Source: Basidiobolus meristosporus CBS 931.73 (Eukaryota; Fungi; Basidiobolomycota). Taken from it: a stretch of 35,910 bases of DNA. The DNA lies in the NCBI GenBank assembly GCA_002104905.1, contig MCFE01000795.1, positions 1 through 35,910 on the forward strand. Direction: 5' to 3'. The notes beneath the pieces were generated by a model that worked only from the letters and a program-made list of their open reading frames with translations, ran no database searches and was not told the DNA's origin. Position numbers and translations under genes: made by a program. This document shows positions 25,519 to 34,829 of this stretch, in pieces; within the stretch, counting starts at the first letter, position 1, and each line of letters begins with the position of its first letter.

Positions 25519-26358
25519 ATGTCTACTACTGCTATTACTGGAATTTTTCCCTCTGCTGAAAAGTTGGATGGATCTAACTACCAAGTGTGGAAGGTGAAGA
25601 TGAAGATGCTGCTACAAGAAAGAGGCCTTTGGGATATTGTCATAGGAGAAGAATGCCCTCCTAAAAATGTGTGAGAGGAAGCCTTAAAGTACCAGAAGAA
25701 AGAACAAAGTGCCTTTAACTGCATTTGCCTTAATGTCAAGGACAAACTGCTAATTCAATGCTCAAGAGCAAAAATGGCAAAGAATGCCTGGAAAGCATTG
25801 GAAGACACCCAACAGTCATGTTCAGCTGCCAAGAAAATGTATCTGAGACAAATATTCTTTACTACAAAGATGCTGCCTGGAGAAGAAATGAAAAATCTAA
25901 TTAACAGAATTACCCTGCTGGTAGATGAGATGGAATCTGTGGGCGTACCAACTACTGATGAGGAAGTGATAGTTACCATCCTGAATAGCCTGACAGATGA
26001 GTTTCAGGGCCTTGTATCAGCCCTAGAGTCCAGAACTGAAGATTTGACCTTAAATTATGTATATGGAAGGCTCCTGGATGAAGAATTAAGAAAATCAAGC
26101 GCCAATAAGAAGGAAGAAGAAAATGCTTTAATAAGCAATTATAACCAACAAAGGAGGTACCCAAGACCCTACAAAGGCAACAGCAACCTATTTTGCAACT
26201 ACTGCAAAAGGAAAGAACACACATCAGACCGGTGTCTTAAAAAGAGAGATTATCAGCAAAAGAAGCCTGTATATGGAAATGCTGCAACAACTGAAGATAG
26301 ACTATTCATATCTGCACTAAATATGACCACAAACAAGGATTCTCAGACGTGGTATATG
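25519..26358 (+). pseudogene. Copia gag of element C
   Basis: MSTTAITGIFPSAEKLDGSNYQVWKVKMKMLL, in-frame TGA at 25672-25674 (GGA in element A), zinc knuckle CNYCKRKEHTSDRC. Truncated just before the protease active site. Confidence 0.9.
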
Positions 26359-26714
26359 TCAACCAAACTTTTTTTAATTTAGAACTATAGATCTTAGTTT
26401 AAACCTTTTTTCCAACTTTTGTTTTTAAATTCTAATTTTAAATATGATGTTTGATGTTTGATATTTGTTTTTTAAATTCAAATTTTAATATTTAAATATG
26501 GTTTTTATAAACTTCTTTTAATCTGAAACTTTAAACCCTAGTTCAAACTCTCTCCACCAAAACTCTTTCAACCAAACTTAATCTTTCTACTCCCAAACTC
26601 TCTTGACCCAAACCTTTCCGACTCCCAAACTTTCTCCACCAAAACTCTTTTATAATCTAACACCTAAACATTTGCTGACAAACTATTTTATATTACCCTA
26701 ATCTCAACTACTGG

Positions 26715-26822
26715 TTTAAAAAACTTTTCACGCAAACTATTACTATCAAACACAAACCATTGCCTTTAAAAAACTTTTCACGCAAACTGTTAATATCAAA
26801 CATAAACCATTGCTTTTAAAAA
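26715..26822. repeat. Tandem direct repeat, 2 x 50 bp
   Basis: TTTAAAAAACTTTTCACGCAAACT at 26715 and 26765, plus the start of a third unit. Confidence 0.9.
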
Positions 26823-26834
26823 AAATATATACAT

Positions 26835-26928
26835 ATTATATACACAGGTATTATAACCACTGACTAGAACAAAAATATATAAATATTATATACAAACATA
26901 TTACAACCGCTGACTAGAACAAAAATAT
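26835..26928. repeat. Second tandem direct repeat with 50-bp period
   Basis: TGACTAGAACAAAAATAT at 26861 and 26911; ATTATATAC at 26835 and 26885. Confidence 0.9.
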
Positions 26929-27012
26929 GCGCTATATACGTACAATTAAATACTACCCATTTTAACCCAAAAACATACACCATTTATCACCCAGCACACT
27001 TTTTGATTAAAT

Positions 27013-27680
27013 TTGGAAATTTTAAAGGTATTTATACCATATTTGTGTTTGTATGTCCCTCCCTATTTTTCCAATATATCCCAAACCATTTTTGGAAAAA
27101 AATTCGTCAAAAAATTACCTTATATAGACAATCATGGAATAGTTATCCAACATAGTGGTAATTGCATGTATTCCAAGTTTGACAATTTAAACGCATTCCA
27201 ACACTGGTACCTTAATCTCAAACCAACCCAACGCCTCTTTGCCAAAATTATTGGATTGGGCCCCCAAAAATTTAGACTAGAACTAGACAGTGACATCTCA
27301 GATCCCCACATCCTCATCCAAGATGTCCAAAACGTTTTCCACATTATGGGTCACGGCACCCCACAAATTTTGTATTACAACATCTCCTCATCAGAAAAAA
27401 TGTCATACCATCTTATTGTATCATCCCACTATTTCTCTGACAACATCTCTTGCAAAATTTTTACCAATTCCCTGATCCAATTCTCACAAATCTCTCCCTG
27501 GACTCTATGTGTCAATACTGGCGTATACAAATCGGTTCAAGGTTTCCGCCTCAAAGGTAGCACCAAATGGCAACAAAAAAGATGGAAGTACTTATTTGGC
27601 ACCCAACAAATTAATCCCAAATCTTTCCCTGATAGCTTATTGGGTAATATTAATACACAAACTATGCGCCTCATCTCATA
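27013..27680 (+). pseudogene. Archaeo-eukaryotic primase (AEP, PrimPol/large-DNA-virus-like) domain fragment
   Basis: Motif I-like PQKFRLELDSD, motif II SYHLIV (SxH) and motif III-like CVNTGVYKSVQGFRLKGSTK, in the expected order and spacing. Probable real start ATG 27053 (MSLPIFPIYPKP) joined by a 1-nt frameshift. Truncated at the junction with copia. Confidence 0.7.
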
Positions 27681-29892
27681 TAGAACAAGCTAACAGATCA
27701 ATAATTGATATGGCAAGATCTATGATCCATGACCAAAAATTATCCTATGATTTTTGGGCGGAATCAGTTGCCACTGCTGTATATCTTAAAAATAGGAGTT
27801 ATAACAGAATTCTTTGTGATTCTACTCCATTTGAAGCATGGTATGGATACAGACCAAGTGCAGAACATCTAAGAATACTTGGGTGTACAGCATATGCCAA
27901 AAAACTGGCCAGAAATCAGTCAAAATTTGAGCCAAAAAGTGTAAAATGCATATTTTTGGGCTACTGCAACAAGAGTAAGGCATGCAGACTCTACAATACC
28001 AAAGCAAAGAAGCTGATCAAGTCCAGGGATGTGTTGTTTGATGAAAATTCAAAATTTTCACAAAAAATACATCAGATGATGACAAAAATTTGATCTCAAG
28101 TCCACTAATTGTCAGAATTGAATCAGAGCAAAACAATGAAAATTTTTTCACTCCAGAGGACTCTACAACTGTGGTTCAGCCAGAATCAGTGCCCAGGAAT
28201 ATCCCAGAAGTGATCATTCCAGTATGAAATGCCCGGAGATCCAATTGGACAAGAAATAGCCCAAATTACTATATTAATGAGGGTACAAACTTAGCCTATG
28301 CCTATTCAGTCCATATTGATGAGCCCCAGACTGTAAAAGTGGCCCTAAATGGCCCTCAGACAAAGTTTTGGAGATCTGCAATGACTGAGGAATATCAGGC
28401 ACTGATGGAAAATCAAACTTGGGACTTAGTCAAATTACCAATCAACCAAAAATCAATTGGATGCAGATGGGTCTTCAAGACAAAATACAAGGCTGATGGT
28501 ACAATTGAAAGATACAAAGCAAGACTTGTAGCCAAAGGATACTCTCAAACAAAAGGACTTGACTATACTGAGACCTTTGCACTGGTAGCCAAGTTTAATT
28601 CCATCAGACTAATATTGGCTATTGCAGCCAAATGTAAGTTTTTTATTCATCAAATGGATGTAAAAACTGCATTTGTGAATGGAGAACTTGATGAGGATGT
28701 GTATATGGACCAGCCTGATGGGTTTGTTGACCAAGATAACTGCCATTTGGTCTGCAAGCTTAAAAAGTCATTATATGGTCTTAAACAATCACCAAGAGCC
28801 TGGAATTGCAAGATAGATTCTTATTTGGAATCTTTGAGTTTCAAAAGAAGTAATGCTGACTATAGTATATACTATAAGCCAGATAGAGCAAATCCAGTTC
28901 TATTAGCTCTATATGTGGATGATCTTATTATAGCCGCCAATAACCTAGAAACATTGGAAGAGACTAAATCCAGCCTATCTAAGGAGTTCAAGATGTCCCA
29001 TCTAGGAGAACTTAGTTACTACTTAGGGATTAAGTTCTCCATAGACAGAGGTACCCAGACTATTACCCTAAGCCAATCCAAGTATATTCAAGATATACTA
29101 AAGAAGTACAAAATGGAAGACTGTAAACCGGCAGCTACCCCAATGCAGACAAACCTTAACTTGGTCAAAACTCAACCAAATCAAGAGAGCTTGGTGCCAT
29201 CTGAAAGCCCTTACTTTCCTTATCAATCAATGGTCAGCAGTCTGATGTATATCATGCTTGGAACATGTCCAGATATCTCATATTCAGTGGGAGTTGTCAG
29301 CCAACATAATCAGAATTATGGATCTGATCATATTGCAGCAGTTAAGCGGGTTTTTAGATACCTAAAAGGAACTGCTGATATCTGCTTAAGATACACTTAT
29401 AAGGATTCAGAACAGGATCTTGTGGGATACTCTGATGCTGATTGGGGACAAAATTTGGAAGCCAGAAGATCCACCACAGGATACACCTTTCTTCACTGTA
29501 AAGGAGCAATTTCATAGAATTCAAGAAAGCAACCAACCGTGGCATTTTCTACTACAGAGGCAGAGTATATGGCAGCCTGTGAAGCTACAAAAGAAGCAAT
29601 GTGGTTAAGAAAGCTCCTTACAGATTTAGGCCTATGTCAAAAAAAACTTATTACTTTATTTCAAGATAATCAAGGATGTATACAATTAGGTAAAAATCCA
29701 ACTTTTCATGCTAGAACCAAGCACATAGATTTTAGACATCATTTCATACGTGAAGCTATAGAGAATAACTTAGTTAGCTTAGTTTACTGTCCTACAGATG
29801 AAATGATTGCAGACATATTTACCAAGCCATTAGCTAGAGACAAGTTTGAATATCTTAGGTCAAAATTAGGACTAGTCAGTATGAACATTTAG
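27681..29892 (+). pseudogene. Copia pol remnant of element C (integrase C-half, RT, RNase H)
   Basis: ANRSIIDMARSMI, FEPKSVKCIFLGYC; RT YKARLVAKGYSQ, QMDVKTAF, LYGLKQSPRAW, LYVDD; RNase H GYSDADW and STTEAEYMAA. Frameshift near 28090, a further stop near 28226, and TAG at 29515-29517. Confidence 0.93.
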
Positions 29893-30297
29893 CTGAGTGG
29901 GAGTGTTGTAAAAATATGTATTTCCACCTAAATATTCACCTAACTTAGTCACTGAGATCATCACCTTCAAATCCTAGAGAATACTGACCAAATTCCTTGT
30001 TGGGATTTACTTAGAATATTTTCACCAAAATGCCAGGTACCCAGAACATGAAAATTCTCAAAGTTGTCCAAACAGCCCCAAACTTTGCACACATGTTCTT
30101 GGGACCTTCCTTAACCTATTCTACGTATTTGTAATGCCAGACCAGGTAAAAGTATAAATACTACTTTTACATGGTCTAGGCATAACAAGCACTTAGTATA
30201 GATTAAGGAAGATCCCAAGAACATGTGTACAAGGTTTGGGGCTATTTGGACAACTTTGAGAATTTTCATGTTCTAGGTACCTGGTATTTTGGTGAAT

Positions 30298-31030
30298 AGA
30301 CTTGTTCGGTTGGATAGTGCCACATTGAGCCATGAGTGCCAAATGATGCCATAGTGTGCCAGAGAGGTCACGTGAGCCTATACTTGGCCACAGAGTGTGA
30401 AACATAGCTCTGCATCTTCATGTAAAGCAGCCCCTGTGTTTCACCCATTGTGCAGGAGAAAATCCATTTTTTGACCTTTTTTTGTGGATCAATATAGCTC
30501 AGGATGTGTAAGAGCACAGGAGAGCTGAAGATTTGCATCTGGTACTCAATACCCATGGCACTCTGAATCTATCTCCTGTAGCTAGTATCATGTCACAAAA
30601 ATGAAATGCACTATCTTGGTCCACTGGCACTATCTGGCACTATAAGTGCTTTGTATAGATCTTATTTTAGGGCTAATATTTAACTTTAGTGCCAGATAGT
30701 ACCAGTGGATCAAGATAGTGCCATTCATTTTTGTGACATGATACAAGCTACAGGAGCTAGACTCAGAGTGCCATGGGTATTGAGTACCAGATGCATATCT
30801 TCAATCTGCTTGTGCTCTAACACATCCTGCACAACATTGATCCAAAAAAAAGGTCAAAAAAAGGATTTTCTCCAACACAATGGGTGAAACACAGGGGCTG
30901 CTTTGCATGAAGATGCGGAGCTATGTTTCACACTCTGTGGCCAGGTAAAGGCTCATTTGGCCTCTCTGGCACACTATGGCATCATTTGGCACTCATGGCT
31001 CAATGTGGCACTATCCAACAGAACAAGTCT
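30298..31030. mobile_element. Foldback MITE (733 bp) of the adjacent Harbinger-type family, TSD AAT
   Basis: Inverted arms 30298-30642 and 30687-31030 around a 44-bp spacer. Termini AGACTTGTTC...GAACAAGTCT with AAT on both sides. It interrupts the LTR of element B. Confidence 0.92.
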
Positions 31031-31235
31031 AATATAATCTAAGTAAATTCCAACAAGGAATTTGGTCAGTATTCTCTAGGATTTGAAGGTAAAGATCTAA
31101 GTGACTAAGTTAGGTGAATATTTAGGTGGGAATTACAAATTTTACAACAGTATTGACCTATGCAAGTCCTTGTACCCTACACTAGTATTAATCCCAACCC
31201 TACACTAAGCAAATAACTCCATTGAAATCCACTAC

Positions 31236-32108
31236 TCAATAAGTATTTCTGCTGTAACACTCTAGTTCCACAACTGTGGTGGGAACCTTATTCCAATTAA
31301 TTCTGTATTCTGGCCAATGGCTTATAGCTTGCCAACTTTGCTGCAATTGCAAGCTGCCTTCTGTATGCTTTCTCTGTGGAATGATGATGTTCTTAGTGCT
31401 GGTGTTTGGGTAATAACAATGTGTGTGAGTTATGGAGTAAGTCCCCGGGATCTCACACATTTGACAGCAATACCATCCATTGTGCCTAGAAAAACCTGCT
31501 ATCTTGCTGATGTCTGGGGTATCTTCAATGCAGATAATAACACAAGCTTTTACATGACAGCCATTTACTGTTATCCCACTGGAAAGCATACAAAATTCAT
31601 CCTGCAATGGATGCAGGTAGCAATCCAGGTTGGACTATGATTTAGGCCCAGATATCAGTGAGACTACCATCTGATCATTGCGTTGATACCATAGGATAGG
31701 TGGCAGATTCAGATTGATGAGAGTCAGTGGCCACTAGGACTTCCTGGTATAGTACTTATTTAATGAGAATTCATCAAGTGCTAAGGCAAAGGCATGGTCA
31801 ATAATACCTTTGAAGTAGCCCTTGCTTCTTAGCTGTTTGAAATGTTTGCCATCAAATACATTGGATATTTTTGCGCTTGATTGATACTGAGTGCAGTATA
31901 AGACTTGATTCATTTTACCATGCCAGGGTGCACGCCATGATCTGCAGTCTTTAAGAACAATCAGGCACAATATTATAGCTACCAGTAGGCAGGATTGCTC
32001 TTGGACAATTTTGCACCATGTGGGACAATCTTGCACACTATGGACAATCTGACACAATGAGGTTGCACAGATGATTGCATCAATTTGTAACATTTGCATC
32101 ATGTGCAC
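31236..32108 (-). pseudogene. CACTA/EnSpm-like transposase N-terminal/central fragment
   Basis: ISNVFDGKHFKQLRSKGYF...AFALALDEF and EDTPDISKIAGFSRHNGWYCCQMCEIPG...HCYYP resemble tnp2/Transposase_21 motifs. Stops and frameshifts. Confidence 0.7.
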
Positions 32109-32219
32109 AATTAAATACCTCTATTATGGTAGGTAAAATCTGGTATTTGGATGTGTTTCTTCAATGTAAATGGAATGTGTATTGCACTATAAAGTACACT
32201 CATACTTACCATTTTAGTT

Positions 32220-32420
32220 ACCATCACTCTGCTCCAATGGACTTGAGTCTAAATGAGCAGTTTGGCAAGTTCTGGTGGTTTTGCTCAGAAGCGGATGAGT
32301 TGACACAACATGCGTTAACTTGATGTGGGGTGCTCTTGTGAAGGGTGTTGGCATAGTTTGCACTGATGTACGCCAGTGTGGTGGTGTAGAGGTACTCCTG
32401 GGAGAAGCTACACAACTCAA
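32220..32420 (-). pseudogene. Decayed copy of the 3' part of Harbinger ORF2
   Basis: Reverse complement aligns with ~35515-35690 (e.g. CCAGAACTTGCCAAACTGCTCATTTAGAC is identical). Confidence 0.8.
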
Positions 32421-32607
32421 GGTATGTGGGGTGTCTGATGGGTGCAATAACCTCTGTGTCTAAGCTGCTAGTGTCTTTATCAATATGTCACTATGGTAAA
32501 AGCTCCTGCTTCTCTAGCTTCCTAGATGCTCCAAGTGTCTTCAAAGGCCTCTGTGTGTCTTGTGCACTACCCTGAAAAGCTCCTTGATGGCAAGTGTGAG
32601 GTGTAAC

Positions 32608-33180
32608 TGTTAAAGGTAGGTGCAGTGATCAACTGCTAATCAATAAGGGAGAAGTGTTACTGATAGAAGGGATGATTTATTGATGAGGGATTGCTTTCCC
32701 TCAAATATTTCTCCTGATTGCCAAGTGATTACCAATGACAAGGTTCTAGAAAATTCTAGGTATCAGTGGAATTCTTGATGACATCACTATGAGCTAAAAA
32801 TATGCCAAGAATGTCCTGGATGGTTCTAAAAGGCACAGCACATTCAACCAATCAGGAATCAGTAGTCTGAAACCTGTGCAACATAGAATACCATATATGG
32901 TATTGAAATGGTAGGGATGGTAACACAGACCTAGGTCATGTGTCATGGGTACTGACGCGGGTACTTGCCTTATGTAGATATATATACTGATCACAAAGCT
33001 GAATAACATCTGGGATAACTAATGCTAATAACTAATCAGGGTAAACATCATATGGGGATAATACTGATAATATGGGCAAAAGCAGAATGGGACAATACTG
33101 ATAAGATAAAATATGGATAAGTATATTATAATGACTATATGAATAAACTTGTCTGTGGGAGGTATGTTTACCCTACCACA
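32608..33180. repeat. Possible LTR of a second, unrelated retroelement family
   Basis: 573-bp non-coding block bounded by TG...CA, with AATAAA on the minus strand. It begins exactly where the ORF2 remnant homology stops at 33181. No TSD found. Confidence 0.4.
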
Positions 33181-33399
33181 CCGGCATGCTGAAGTTGCAA
33201 GGGATGGTAAGAGATCCAGCAAGGCATGCTGGTGCAATCTAGATGCTGTTGCTTGTGATCTGTATTCTTCCTCCTGAAGCTCACCATCTGATTCCTCATG
33301 GTATTCCTTACACTCTGTCTGATTCTTTGGAACTGTTGCCTAGATGAGTTCTGTTTATATTACTCTTAGAAGCAACCTGGCTCTACTAATATATCACAT
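33181..33399 (-). pseudogene. Decayed copy of the central part of Harbinger ORF2
   Basis: Reverse complement aligns with ~35308-35528 (GAGGAATCAGATGGTGAGCTTCAGG is identical), with many CpG to TG/CA differences. Confidence 0.88.
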
Positions 33400-33585
33400 A
33401 ATAGACTTGTTCCGTTGGATAGTGCCACATAGTGCCAGCCGGTTTATAGTGCCGGATTGATCTGGCACTCTACGGCACTATCTGGCACTATAATTTCTAC
33501 CATAATGCCAGTGGTATGATACAGTTACTGGTAATTTTACTCAATCTTACTTATGTTGCTCAGAATAGTGCTTTCCTTGCTTTAT

Positions 33586-34470
33586 TTACTCTTCATAATG
33601 CTCCAGACACATTTCTCTCAGTGGATGTCTTCTTGTATGAACATACTGTGCATTGATAAGTATCTTAACTATTTTACCTATTCTGCTGTTTTCTCTTATA
33701 TATGACTTTGCTCTGTAATTACCAGCCAATATGCTAAATCTCTTCAGATATCCAAATGTGTGCTCTACCCTCACTCTAAAATGATTAAATATCTCATTGT
33801 AGAGCTTCTGCTTCCTGCTAAGCACACCATTCCTTGGCTTCCTATAAGCTGTAATACATCCTAATCTCTGACAATCCTCTCCTATATAGGCCAAGTCTGC
33901 CATACATTTCTCCCCTCTACTGAATTCAGGATGATTCTCTACCCAGAGTGCTTTGTCATGCCTACTTCCAGCAAATAGCCCACTAAACCAGATGATGTTA
34001 CCCTCAATGTCAGACAGTGCTTGAAACTTCACACAGTGTACCTTGTACTTGCCAGAATAAAAGTGCCTCTGCCCTCTAGAAGGTCTGTTAATCCTCACTG
34101 GGAAGGTATCCAAAATACTCCTGATATGGAACCTGTTGCTGAACACTCTGGGATATGGAAGTCTATTGGAGCTTCTAAACCTAGTATTCCAAGCTTGCTC
34201 TAAGTCATTCATACCCTCTGCAAGGTGGTTCTCCATTGCTGTCAGCTGGGAATGAAAGCTTCTAGGACTTTTGTTGCCATGCATGGTGGGATGAAACCTT
34301 GTAGGGCAATAGTTCTTGTAATAGCAGAGAAGCTTAACAAGGGATCTCCTTGAGTAGATTGGGGTTGATGGTCCACAGTACTTGGAATAGATCTCCTCCA
34401 GTGTGTCAAAAGGAAATCCAGTGGTAGTGATGGGATTGATGAGAAAAGACCATTCAGATGAGTAAGTCAT
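33586..34470 (-). CDS. PIF/Harbinger (DDE_Tnp_4/HARBI1-like) transposase, 294 aa, intact
   Basis: SILDTFPVRINRP (D), FYSGKYKVHCVKFQ, GSRHD, MADLAYIG (D), RVRVEHTFGYLKRFSIL (E). No stops. Confidence 0.9.
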   Translation of the reverse strand: MTYSSEWSFLINPITTTGFPFDTLEEIYSKYCGPSTPIYSRRSLVKLLCYYKNYCPTRFHPTMHGNKSPRSFHSQLTAMENHLAEGMNDLEQAWNTRFRSSNRLPYPRVFSNRFHIRSILDTFPVRINRPSRGQRHFYSGKYKVHCVKFQALSDIEGNIIWFSGLFAGSRHDKALWVENHPEFSRGEKCMADLAYIGEDCQRLGCITAYRKPRNGVLSRKQKLYNEIFNHFRVRVEHTFGYLKRFSILAGNYRAKSYIRENSRIGKIVKILINAQYVHTRRHPLREMCLEHYEE

Positions 34471-34829
34471 ATTAAAATTGATGGATGATTGTATGGAGGC
34501 GGTTTGAATTGATTTGGCGCGATCTGCGTTATTTATCTGATTTTTAACACATTATGGTTAAATCTCCATCAATTGCCATGTATCCCATCATTATGTCCCA
34601 AAAATCATCCGCAAAAAATGCCTTGGTACTTTTATTGATGCTTTAATCATAGGTCTATAATCAAATAGGAAATCTGCAATTGATGTGATCTGATCTGTGT
34701 CAACGCGATCCAAGATGCATCATGCATAATATATGGAAAATTCAACAATCACTTTAGTTTTCATAAATATTTCATATAAGACCAGGTTGATGCCAATATA
34801 CTGCTGTATAAGTATCCAAATCCGTTGCT

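Larger units (their letters stand above)
25142..30171 (+). mobile_element. Ty1/copia element 'C' carrying a foreign cassette
   Basis: 5' LTR 25142-25487, PBS 25488-25499, gag 25519-26358, foreign insert 26359-27680, integrase C-half, RT and RNase H to 29892, PPT GAGTGGGAG 29895-29903, and truncated 3' LTR 29904-30171 closely matching the 5' LTR. Confidence 0.93.
23800..31149 (-). mobile_element. Internally deleted copia element 'B' with TSD GTATT, hosting element C and the MITE
   Basis: LTR 23800-24149, RT fragment 24150-24852, gag 5' fragment ~24853-25068, PBS 25069-25080. The second LTR is split into 25081-25141, ~30165-30297 and 31031-31149. GTATT occurs at 23795-23799 and 31150-31154. 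Confidence 0.88.

Noticed and set aside
26359-26362. Insert begins with TC, suggesting a Helitron 5' end
   Set aside because: Preceded by G rather than A, no CTRR end or hairpin, and Helitrons encode Rep/helicase rather than AEP.
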